A stretch of 64,000 nucleotides of DNA. It comes from Stylophora pistillata. Taxonomy: Eukaryota. How positions within the stretch are numbered: the stretch's first letter is position 1; each line of letters opens with the position of its first letter. A program made the translations under genes and the position numbers. Location: positions 297,739 to 361,738 of the forward strand of contig NW_019217867.1 of assembly GCF_002571385.2 (NCBI RefSeq), given 5' to 3'. Below the pieces are notes generated by a model, which did not search any database, was not told the origin of the DNA, and saw nothing but the letters and a program-made list of their open reading frames with translations. Of this stretch, positions 1 to 11,500 are shown piece by piece.

Positions 1-1262
1 GTGAGGGTGGCGAAAGCAACCCCATTGCTTTGAGGGATGAAAACAAGTCTCTATTCACCAGAGGGTCGACGAATGAATTCCTTGTATCACTTCCTGATAA
101 TCTTGGGAAATTGTTGTACCTTACAGTATGGCATGATTTGTCAGGCATAAATTCTTCTTGGTATCTCAGTTACGTCATTATTCGCGATAATAAAACAGGG
201 GAACAGTATATTTTCGCATGTGATCATTGGCTCGCCTTGGAGAGAGGAGACGGCTCTGTAAGGAGGGTTCTGCTAGTTAGCGACAAAAAGGAACTAACAA
301 GTTTTGGGGTCCTTTTTCGCACTAAGACATCGAAAGACATATTTGATGGCCACCTTTGGATCTCTGTTGTTGGTAAACCCTCAAAGAGTAACTTTACACG
401 TGTCCAGAGATTGACTTGCTGTATGTCGCTTCTATTTAGTGCTATGATAACAAACGCAATGTTTTACAACATTGCAAACAGGCCTGACGAATCCACTGTT
501 TCCATTGGACCACTTACATTGAGTCTCAAGCAAATCATTATTGGAATTCAGAGCAGTCTTATTACACTCCCAATCAACATCATAGTCTTACAGATATTTC
601 GAAATCTAAAGCTTAAGAAAACAGCTAGTTCAAAATATAGAAGGCCATGTTCCTTCCGAAGAAACGCAGTGTTTGTCAGTGATGAGTGGTCGGACAAAGA
701 TGTTCCAGTAAAACCAAACCAGGAAGCTTCAGGGGGACGCTTACCTCACTGGTGGATCTACATCGCATATCACCTGTGTTTTCTCATAGTGATGACTTCC
801 GCCTTATTTACTTTGTTTTACAGTATGCAGTGGGGAAAGGAGATATCCAACAAGTGGCTGTCATCAATGCTTATCTCATTCTTCCAGGACGCATTTATAA
901 CACAACCCCTAAAAATCTTCCTTGCTGCCTTAGTTGTCTCATCCATTTTGAAGAAACTACCCAGTGACTTAACAGTAGGCTCATCTGCGAGTAGGAAAAC
1001 AAGCAGCGTAGACGCCAAACCAAACTTATTTGACAGAGAAGAGGCAATTAAACGACAAACCTACATATCTGAACCTCCAGACGAGACTCTAGTGGAGAAG
1101 GCCAGGAAGTACAAATTGAACGAGATGAAAGCTCTCAGGATACTGAAAGAAAACTTCTTACATCTGCTATTTTTGTCGTCGTTGCTGGTGATAAGTTATT
1201 CTATGAGAGACCCAGACGCTTTCGCTCAGAGCAGACATCTCAGAAACGTGTTCGGTGAACAG
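1..1262 (+). CDS. PKD1L2: Polycystin-1-like (PKD1L family) gene, internal exon, partial at window edge: PLAT/LH2 domain plus TM2-TM6 region
   Basis: Frame is open from the window edge. PLAT motifs LTVWHDLSG..SSWYLSYV..FACDHWLA; PKD1-family motifs DGHLWISV..SNFTRVQRLTCC and FFQDAFITQPLK. Donor CAG|GTACGG at 1262/1263, phase 0. The exact paralogue assignment is uncertain. Confidence 0.9.
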
Positions 1263-1552
1263 GTACGGTAAGAATTCAAGTTTACCAACCCTAATACATT
1301 CATCCAATCTTCGCCACTTTATGTCCAGCATTTTTTCCTCAATGACGTTTTTGTGCTTTAAATGCCATCTCGCTAGTTATAGTCTTTCATGTCCCTCATC
1401 CTGTAAGTTCTCGCAAGGGACAATGCCACTCGACGCCAATAAGAGAGACCTAACTATTTTGGTGGATACACACGGGATGATGGCTTTTATGTCTTACTGC
1501 TATTAGTTAACTTATTATGTAAGTGGTGTTAAACCCGGTTTCAACATGAAAT

Positions 1553-1672
1553 AGAGTGATTTGATCGTTCGGGTGAGCGTGGCCCTGAGAAGGACTGTTG
1601 TCGGTAGTAGTGACTTACACTTGAACAACGAACTTTCTCAGAACTTCACTTACCTGAAAGATCAGACTACTT
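1553..1672. repeat. Degenerate inverted-repeat interspersed element, probably derived from a Penelope-like terminal repeat
   Basis: GATCGTTCGGGTGAGCGTGGCCCTGAGAAGGACTGTTGT is imperfectly complementary to ACAACGAACTTTCTCAGAACTTCACTTACCTGAAAGATC. Confidence 0.35.
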
Positions 1673-1860
1673 TATCATTAACTTATGTGTCCTTCCCTTG
1701 TATGGCCGAAGCTTTTAGTCCCTTGTTGGCTGTAGTATTCAGGCCCCTTCATATGTGAGAAACCTGATGAAGATAGAACGAAAGCGCCACGTTTTGTTAA
1801 ACACGTGCGAACGATTACATGCGGTATTTGTTATTGGTTTTATATTTTTACTTTATCTAG

Positions 1861-2029
1861 ACTAACGATATCCAGAGTCTTTGGTCTTTCTTGGAAAATG
1901 GTTTGTTACCTTTTGTCTTTGACAAGAAGTGGTATAACGGTGATGAGGACAAATCAGATGGCTTCACTGACGACAAGTACTTGTATGTTATTGGTATGCC
2001 ACGCCTTAGACAACTCAGGTCCAAGAAAG
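1861..2029 (+). CDS. PKD1L2: PKD1L gene, penultimate exon (start of the TOP/polycystin domain)
   Basis: Acceptor TTTATCTAG|ACT; translates TNDIQSLWSFLENG...VIGMPRLRQLRSKK (conserved GxPRLRQxR); donor G|GTATG, phase 1. Confidence 0.88.
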
Positions 2030-2233
2030 GTATGCCATTGAAATGCTTTTCTATGACTTCCATATTGTTTTAAACTATTTTTAGGACTGTTTGATTTAAA
2101 AGGCCGTTGCACTAGGGACGTTGACAAGATTAATTGAATTCAAATCCGCTTCGGAATAAATGTAGCACAAACTAGTTGCTGTTACATTTGATTTACTACA
2201 GCGGGTGAAGCTTTCCCTTTTTTTTGTTTGAAG

Positions 2234-3759
2234 GAAACTGTACAAGCGAATACTCTATAGACCTAAACATGAGCTGCAGTGGTTCTTACTCCATTATCGA
2301 TGAGGAAAAAGACTTCTATTTACCGGGATGGATAAAAAACTCCGACATGAGCTATTCGGCATGTCCGGCTTCGTGGCGATATCAAACAGCTTTAAAACTG
2401 GACGGACTGCCTTTTTGGGGCAGCAAAGCGATTTACAGTGGTGGAGGATATACTGCTGACCTGGGTTACTTCATGGACCAGGCAAGAAAAGCGATGAGCG
2501 ATTTACAAACCTACAACTGGTTTGATGAGTACACACGTGCAATCTTTGTCGAGCTTACTGTGTTCAATGCTCCAGCCAATATATTCAGCAGTGTTACTTA
2601 CTTGGTGGAGTTTGCGGGTACTGGGGGTTCTTCAACGCACTTGAAAGTTGATACTTTCCGCCTATATCAGCACATCGGTCCGTGGACTAAAGTGGTTGCA
2701 TTTTGCGAGTTTGTGGCCGTTGTGACTGTTGCAATAGTTCTCTACGTTACTTGCAGGAAGATAGTAAGGGAAAGAAAAGGATTTTTCAAAAAGGCTTGGA
2801 ATGTTGTTGATGTTGCACAGATTGGGTTATCCATCTCTGCTATAGCATTGTTCTTCATCCGACTGATGAACACAAACTGGACTATCGAAAAAGTTCAGGA
2901 GAACCCATTTATATTCGTAAGCTTTCATTATGCAGTGAAGTGGGACGAAGTTAGCATTTATGTTATGGGTGCCATTGTATTCATTGCTACCTTAAAGTTT
3001 CTCCAATTGCTGAGTTTTAACCGTCACATTGCTGTCCTTTCGCATACAATTTCTCGTGCCGCAGCAGAGCTGCTACCACTAGGAATGCAAGTGTTACTTA
3101 CTATTTTTGCTTTTAATATCTTTGGTTACGTTGTTTTTGGAAGTGAGATCGAAGGATTTAGTAACTTTTTCACGACCTGTGAAACTACACTGGCTATGAC
3201 ACTAGGAAAGGCATACTTTATGGAGCTGAGTGATTCGGAGGCTATACTGGGGCCATTGTTTTTTGCTCTGTTTGTGATAGCTATGCAATTTTTTCTTATC
3301 AACATGATCCTGGCCGTCATAATGGACACTTACAATGACGTTAATGCTGAGATTGGCGAGAAGTCTTCCGAGTACGAAATGGCTGATTTCCTATTATCTT
3401 ATTTGAAGTCTTCCTTTGGTAGTCACTCTGAGTTTAAAGCTGGAAACGAAGTCTGGAGGAGATCTGGAGGGAATGGAAACGGAACCGTGAAAAGTAAAAG
3501 TGTTAAAGAAAATCTTCTTGTTCTCAAGAAGCAACGTAAATTACTTAGGGAAAGGCTAAATTCCTTGCACAATTTGGACAAAGATGTCGCTGATTCGGAG
3601 CTTTCCTTTGTAGAGCAGTGGCATGCCATCTCCATTTCTGGTTATTGTGAGGCGGATGCGAAGATGTTAGAAGTGATGACGTTCTACCTAGGCCGCGAAC
3701 CCAAATTGTCTTTCGAACTTAATGTTTCAGATCGTAACGAAGCCGACGCACTTGCATAG
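2234..3759 (+). CDS. PKD1L2: PKD1L gene, terminal exon: polycystin cation-channel domain and C-terminal coiled coil
   Basis: Acceptor TTTGTTTGAAG|GA completes the phase-1 codon. Motifs FWG..YSGGGY and WFDEYTRAIFVE, TM helices, LGPLFF..LINMILAVI; stop TAG at 3757-3759. Confidence 0.92.
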
Positions 3760-4209
3760 CTGGGGACATGATGATGCTTACTGTTTGGAATGACGGAAAA
3801 ACTCGAAGCTGTATGCATTTTGTCGAAGTTGTAGTTTTTAAAGCGCTTGTAGATAATGTTTTGATTTCACTGATAGTTATTAATATTCATTGAAAAGATA
3901 TTGACAATTGCCGGATTCCGAGAGTCAAGCTTAAGATATTTTTGTCAAAAATTGCGATTTATAGGGCCAGTGTCGGTTAGGAAGGTATTACTAAATTATA
4001 CGTCTCTTAAAACTACTGTATTTGAAGGTGAAAGTGAAAGGTTTAGGTGAAAGGTTTATACGATACCTTAATAGCAGCATGGGCTGAGTTGCTAAGGTTT
4101 TACAATGTTATTAAGGTTGAGATAGGACGTCAGCATTCTCAGGCGCCTCTGGCAGCCGCTTCAGTCCATATAGATCTCACCTTCCCAACCATCCCACCCC
4201 AGGGGAGGA

Positions 4210-4462
4210 CATCCATCACACAGTAATCTTGTGCATGGGGAATTAACGTCTCCTACCCCTAACCCTGCAGGAGACGGGACCTCCATTTATTTGTCCCTTT
4301 CCGAGAAGACTAGAGTATCCAACCATTTCTTGATTTTATAGAAAGGTAGTATATTCTTCTCACTTGTTTTAAAACCTTGAGTGTTGGTCCGGCCGGGGTT
4401 CGAACCCTCGACCTCCCGCACAACAGTCCAGCGCTTTGTCCATTGAGCTAACCGGGAGGCGG
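4210..4462 (-). mobile_element. tRNA-derived SINE
   Basis: Minus-strand head with A box TAGCTCAATGG and B box GGTTCGAACCC runs directly into a non-tRNA body (CCGGACCAACACTCAAGGT...CTAGTCTTCTCGGAAAGGGAC). Confidence 0.7.
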
Positions 4463-4499
4463 TTATTATTTGAATGAAATGGAATCTCACTGAAACTTG

Positions 4500-4800
4500 A
4501 ATTTGTTTCCAAGCATAGAATAAATGTGATAAAAATATTTTTATACATGGCGCTTATAGATGAAACTTTCAATATAGAGGGACCTCTCTGTGGAATGAGT
4601 TGTAGCATGTCCTCGAACTTAGTCCATCCATAACGGAGTACAAGCGCCTACTCAAGCGAAAGCTTTTTTATGGCTGTTTTATTTAATTTTTAGTCAACCT
4701 TTGTCCTGTGTTAAGCTTTCTGCGTTTTATTTTTTTAATTTTGAACTGTAACATTGACTCTGATAAGCCCCGTGGGGACGAGCCAATAAAGTACTTAAGT
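4500..4800 (+). mobile_element. 3' end fragment of a CR1/L2-type LINE
   Basis: Decayed, frameshifted FQYRGPLxWN-like ORF2 C-terminal motif near 4568; terminal stem CCCCGTGGGG followed by CAATAAAGTA. Confidence 0.45.
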
Positions 4801-5529
4801 AATGTTGTGTGAATTCATCTGCATTCATTGGCTTTAGACAAATATTTCCAACCGAATACAGTTGGTGCGCGATACCAAATAAAAGCATTCTTTACCTAGC
4901 AAGCGTTGATCTTTTCTTCGTTATTTGTTTCATTAGCTACTTACTCCGAAAAGTTTTATACACGGTTTTGGTTTCATTAGATAGATGCCAGCCTAAATTG
5001 TTGACATTTTTCTATCAGGATGCTGCAGCAGAACAAACTTAGTGATGGGCAACGGAGGTGCGAGATTCTAGGAGGTTCCGAAAGCATGCGCGGGAAATTT
5101 TGAAAAATTGCGTTGCTTAAGACTGCTTTTCTTGAGTTTGAAGGCCGTAACATTGAGAAAAAATTTCTGGGTCGAAACGGATTTTGTGCTTAACCATCGA
5201 GCGGTGTGCCAATTTCAAGCATTCATCGATACTTTTGAATGTCCGGTATCTAGAAAACGGACTTTCGCGGCATAAGGGTCACTCCTCTTAATCGTCGCAC
5301 CCTACAGGCCATTAATTTAAGTTTAACTGATCCTTTAACTCTTAAGATCTGAGTGTTAATTCTTCCCTAGAGCTGCTATGCAATTCCTTGTAAACTAGTT
5401 ACGGGAATTTTGTTTCAAATCGAGAACAAAAAATTTTTGGGGAAAAGTCACATTTGGATCACTTCTGGGTGTACCAGTGTTAATACCAGCAAAGTCGCAA
5501 GCTCAGGTTTTAGCCTATTAGAGGAAAAC

Positions 5530-8500
5530 ATGTGGCTGACGTTTTGTGATTGTTTTAGTAAGAATAAATAAGGTGCCGGATTAATTTCCTTTTCAGCAAA
5601 GGAGTCCTTGATCGGGGATGTGAACTAATTGTTCTAGTACTGAGGACCGATCACAGCTGAGTCCACTCCTAAGTCAGTAGGCACCAAATAGTGCCACACA
5701 AATGAGGATTCGACACTAGTAGAGTTAGTCAGCTGTCGTAATTTCTATTTCTAATTAAATTCAGCACCTGCCTTGTTCGAAGTCCTGGTTACCAGTTACA
5801 AAAACATAAGTTGATCGAACCATCGCCGGTGATGCGAGAAATTACATTGCTGTGATCTTCTGCATTATTGATAAAATCAGCTTGAATGGTTGTGTGTTTC
5901 GAAAATAAATCACATCTTCAATCAATATCAGCACAAAACTGATGAATGATTTTCCAGCTCTTATCTGGAATCCATAGATCTCTTTGCTTCTAGTTTTTAT
6001 CACAAGCGTTTTTAGATAGGGTTTCTTATCCTACGACGATTTGTAGGGCGTCTTTCACTTTCTATGTTTCCTTTCAATAATTCTAATGCATAAACATAAA
6101 CTGATTAAGTCAGCCCGTGCTGTTTGTCACTCCTGATAATTCAGTTTCGTGCAGTGGAGTCCTTAATCGTATGGCAAAGCAGCGCGTTTTCCTCTGATCA
6201 ACGTTTAGCCATTGAGTCCCACATTTTACAAATGACATCAAGGCGAAATGATTTACATCACCTTCTCATTGCATGGGTAAACATTCTAGTATCTTAACTA
6301 CCAATGTCATGCTAACGTAACAAACCTCGAAAAAAGATTTTTTTTTAAAAACTTGAACATATTATCCCATTGAAATTTACGTTTATCAGTTAATTAGTGT
6401 TGAGTATGCTAACATTAATTCTATGACTTGCCAATTCTTAAACCGTCTTTTTTACGCGATTTACTCAGTGCCTTTCATTATGTTTCAGATAAACGCTGAA
6501 AAATTATTGATTCGACTCGCTAGCGAGTAAATTGGTTATATCAACTGAGTTCAAATTGTAAATTGGCCACCGTTAAGAGTTAAATAGCTGACGTTTCGAG
6601 CGTTAGCCCTTCTTTAGAGCGAAATAATCGCTCATTCATTCGCTCTGACGAAGGGCAAACGCTCGAAATGTCAGCTATTTAACTCTTTATGGTCGGCAAT
6701 TTACAATTTCAACTTGGTTGATAAAACCAAATTACCTTGTTACCACCGGCACAGCGCCACAGTTTCTTTAGAAAGTTACCCCATTTATTCATTTGTCTTT
6801 TGACCGCTAGCGAGTAGTCTAAGCAGATGATTTTATTAGAAATCATATGGTGCATTCTTTACAATGAGGCAACTTTGTTGAGTGCATTCTTTACATTGAG
6901 GCAACTTTATTGCAGTAGTTAACATTGTTATTCTAGAACCAGTGAAAATTATCCATATTTTATAGACGCCCTGTATACATCGACTGAAATATCGGGTCTT
7001 CAATAAAATACCTTTTGTCTTTGAGGAAAATTAAAGTCATGAATGACTTAATTTACCTAATAAAAGGGTACCAAAACAAATCAAAAGATAGGTTAAAGGA
7101 TATCGCCCAATGACTTCTTTAGTCCTTGTATGTTAATAGAACGATAGATTCAAAATATACGCCGTTAAATTGTGGTAATCCTCTTACATTCTTGCTATTT
7201 ACGACTGATAAGTCTTCGGCAATGTTAACCGAAAATGCATTGGTAGTTAGTCAAATTCAATCGAAAGCTTAATTCACCAGTCTGTGTAATATTATGGACC
7301 TTGTTGATAAATTAGCTGAAAAATAGTAGACCCTCTCTATATAAAATATCTATTCAGTTAAACTATTAAGTTTCATTTTTGTTTCAGATCGGTGTGATTC
7401 CCTTGCTTATTCGAGGTAAACCCCTTACAAAATTAATACCTTTCACCAGATCAGCCTGACATATGCCAAGTAACCAGATCAGGAGAATGTTGTTTCAAAA
7501 CGCAGCGTCAACAAAGTTCTCGAACGAAGTCACATGGATGCACGCTGACATGACTCAAACCATCTAGTAACGTAGGCTGACTTTAGTCCTCTGAGCATGC
7601 ATTTGCGTTGAAAGAATAGGGTGGTTTTTTCGAGAAAAGACACGGATAGGTCTGACCTTTTAACGCGGAGATGTTGAGCCATATTTCCTCTTTAAACTGC
7701 AACTAAATTTTTGAACAAGCCTCAGAGTTAGTTTAGTCTAGTGAAGGAGAAGTGATAGGAAAGAATAAAGAAAATAATAAAGAAAATAATAAAGAAAATA
7801 ATAAGGGTTGTTGTAATGGGGCCCGGCCATCGATTCCTTATTTGCAATCCTTAAATTTTTCATAATTGATTAACTGTGTTTTTGGTCTCTTTTTTGTATT
7901 CTCTTGCTGACGGAAATCTTTTGAAACAGGGAATATTGCGAACTGTTCAGATGCGTTAGGTCTCTCAACCAATAAAATCGCTGATGACTCGATATCTGCC
8001 ACCACTTGGCAGCCTGGAAGGAGTGATCCTTGGTATGGTCGGTTGAACAACCAATCACGACGCAGTTGGTGTGCAGCTGTGGTTGATGATATGCAGTATC
8101 TTCAGGTTATTAAAACATTAAGAAAACGTTACTAGTGACTTTAGTACATGTTACAGCATTTCAATACTAATAACCAACCGGATATCTAATGACTAAACGA
8201 TCAATAGAATTACATTGGGATGAGATTTTGCAACCATCATAAACTTGCAGGCGAAAGCATTAGCTTCGCAATTTAGATTAAAAGTATCTATTTGCATATA
8301 GATTGATTTGGGTCCTAAACTGCGGTTAATAACTGCGGTAGCCAGTCAAGGAAGTCATAACTATGACGAATGGGTGACTAGTTATAAACTCTCATACAGC
8401 ACAGATGGCGGGAAATGGAAATTCTTTGGAAAAGGCAACATACCGGAGGTGAGACGTTACCATGTTACGGCGTGTATTCGCGAATGACGCGTTTCACTTT

Positions 8501-11500
8501 TTTGCCGTTCGAGAAACAGCACAAACTCGTTCTCATGGTCCTCCCCCCCTCCCCTTTGAGAAAGTACCCTAGTAAGGCGAAAGTTTATCGGAAATAAGAT
8601 ATATTTTACCAGGCACCTGGTAATGTTTAGGGTTTCGTAGCTTTGATATTATCGCTTACACGTTGTGAATCTAAGGCTTAGTTGTACATAACATCTTTGT
8701 TCATCGTTAAGTTAATTCATACATTTTGAGTTACCTTTTTAAAGTAACTTTCGATTTAGATTGATTCAATTTGAAGTCCGTCATTTTCTCGATCTCGTTT
8801 GTCTTATTGTCGCCTTTCGTTGTAGTTCTCATTGTGTTTATTTATGATTTACTTTGGGCCGAATCAAAAAATCCCATTTTCAATGTACTTTCTTCGCACG
8901 ATTCGGCCCCGTTCGTCCTTAAAATCGCTGCTTAAAACCATTTTTCTTCCAGTCTTGAAATCTGGTCGCATATGAAGGCGTTTAACTGAAAATAAAAAAA
9001 AAAAAAAAACTAACACTACCGACTTACACATTGAGCTTGGAGAACATGTGCGCTATATCCCTTCCCTTTCACAACCATAAAAAACCATAAAAAATCAGAA
9101 AAGTTAGCGATGTACTGACATTAAATTGTTATTTAGATATTAGGCCTCTAGAAAAATTCGTTGTTTAATTTTAAATCGATATCTGCTAAATGTCTGTATA
9201 ACTAGTCGAATATCGAGCTAGTTGAGGTCTACTCAGGAACGTTACTGCCATGTTGAAAATGCACTCGAGATTTAAATTGTCTATTGGTCGAGAATCCATC
9301 CTCCCTATGGCGTTCTTTGTTTTACAAGGGCACGTAACCAGCTGCAACCAGGGTATTTTCTCGAGGGAGGGAGAGAGAGGACACTGGGAACGAGGCTGAA
9401 AACAGCAGGATAGTGAGTTTGCGATGGCGGTCAGCAGTATTTCTATATCGTTAGAAAAGGCTACTCTGTATTCAACCTCGTTCCCAGGGCCTTTTCCCAT
9501 GATTGGGGGTCCCACCCCCAGGTGAGGGAAAAAGCCCTGGGAACGAGGTTGACTCTCTATTGCCGCTGTCCGCTTTGAAGAAACGTAGCTTCTGATATTT
9601 TTTTAATTAATAACGATTTATGTGATGTGGTTACTGCATTACCCGATTAAAGGGAATTTTTTTTGAAAGACTCCTTCGTGATACAACGGCTTATGCACAA
9701 ATCTATGCTTAATTATTGGAGCCAAAAACCGTTCAATCGTTCCAAGGCGATAAATTTGTTCTGATGATACAGATTAATTTACCATGAACCCAAAAGGGAT
9801 ATAAAATTAAAAGATACCAGTGAAAATAAGGTAACAACGTTACGATATCAGATGAGATAGAAAACAATAAGGGAAATACTCTTGGGAACGTTTATGACGT
9901 GTATACGTAGGATGGAAAATGATTCGAACGCTCACTTCTATCAGGTGAGAAAAAAAAGATCAAACTAAATCATAATTAGGACGATGTGTATCCTCTCAAT
10001 TGTTGATTCATTTCTTTACTCTTTCGTCAATCCATTGATTTATCAGAAATGAAAGGCAACTACACCCGGAAAAGTTTATGACGCTTACACGAAGATAGGA
10101 AACGATTCCACATCTATTATTGACTTACTATTTATCCAATTGCCTGCTCTCATATTGTCGGTTTTTTTCCAAGATATTTGATGCAAATAAAAATCGGGGA
10201 ACTGGAGTGAAGCACCAAATAAATCCGCCTATCGTAGCTGCGGCCCTACGGTTCTACCCAGTGACGTGGGAGGGTGATATGTGTATGAGGGTTGAAGCAT
10301 TTGGATGCGATGGTGAGTTTACCACATTTATATCGCTCCATTTATATAGTGAGTAATCGAAAAGATCTTTCAATTTAGGATAATAAGAGGACTATCTTAA
10401 AAGAAAAAGACCGACAACCTCTACTTTCGTATCACAAAAGAAGTTGTCAGACTGGGAAAATTATAGCAATATTCAATTCTGAAATGTCAAACTAAAGCAT
10501 TCGATGAGTAGCACTGAGTAATGGGATATATAAGTGAATGATATAAAACGATGACATAGACTGATTGCAAGCTGTGACAGGCTGTGCACTGGATTAATCC
10601 TAATTGGTGATTAAAGGATCATCCTTTAAAACCATCACCTTTGCAAATCACCCTAAGCGATTTACTTTGCAGACATAAGCAATTTATTTTTAGACATAGT
10701 GAGATCGGATCTTGGCTACGCAACACCAACGGAGACTATAGGGGACAATCACAAGAGCTTAGTCGCAAATTATGTTTCTACAGCTTACTCAGAAGCGTTA
10801 GGGGTGGAAAATAGTAGTGTGATTCAAGATAAATATCTGACAGCGTCTCACCATAAGTACGCTTACGATGCACGAAAAGGAAGACTCTATAACTTGGAGA
10901 ACGCATGGTCAGCTTATCCAAGAGCGGGAAACTTCTTTGAAATCTCCATCGGAAGACAGCTGAGCATTATTACAGCTGTAGCCACACAGGGTTTCAAGAA
11001 TAAATATCACGAAGCCTGGGTAATAAGTTACAAGTTGAGTTACAGCTTGTGGGGAGACGAATGGATGGAATACATTGATGATGGCGAAGTTAAGGTCAGT
11101 CTGGTCTATCAGAGGCGGATACAGGAGTTTTTGATTGGGGGGGGCCCAAACTTTGGTTCAGAAAGGACTGTTGGACTCTTTGAGGCAAATTACTTCTCCC
11201 CCACACACCCTCCCACCAGTCGCGGTTACACGTTATAATTCCTTGGCCGCTTACCGTTTATTTGGATTCATAAAAAAGTCAGCCAGTTAAAAGTGATATA
11301 CGATCATATCTCAAAGTTGTAAGCGTCAGGTTTGATAGGGGGGTGCGGACCCCCAGACCCTCCCCCTGGATCCGCCACTGTCAATCCAAAATTAAAATCG
11401 AAAACGAGTGATCATTTTGATATTGAATAACTGATAAATGTTGGAATGAAATTTTTGAAACGTACACCATTCTAGGAGATTTTTCCGATTTGTTTCCTTT

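Noticed and set aside
1764-1790. CTGATGA...GAAA hammerhead-like spacing
   Set aside because: No stem II or stem I pairing and no NUH site
4385-4460. tRNA gene on the minus strand
   Set aside because: It has A and B boxes but an imperfect cloverleaf and continues into a SINE body; treated as a SINE head
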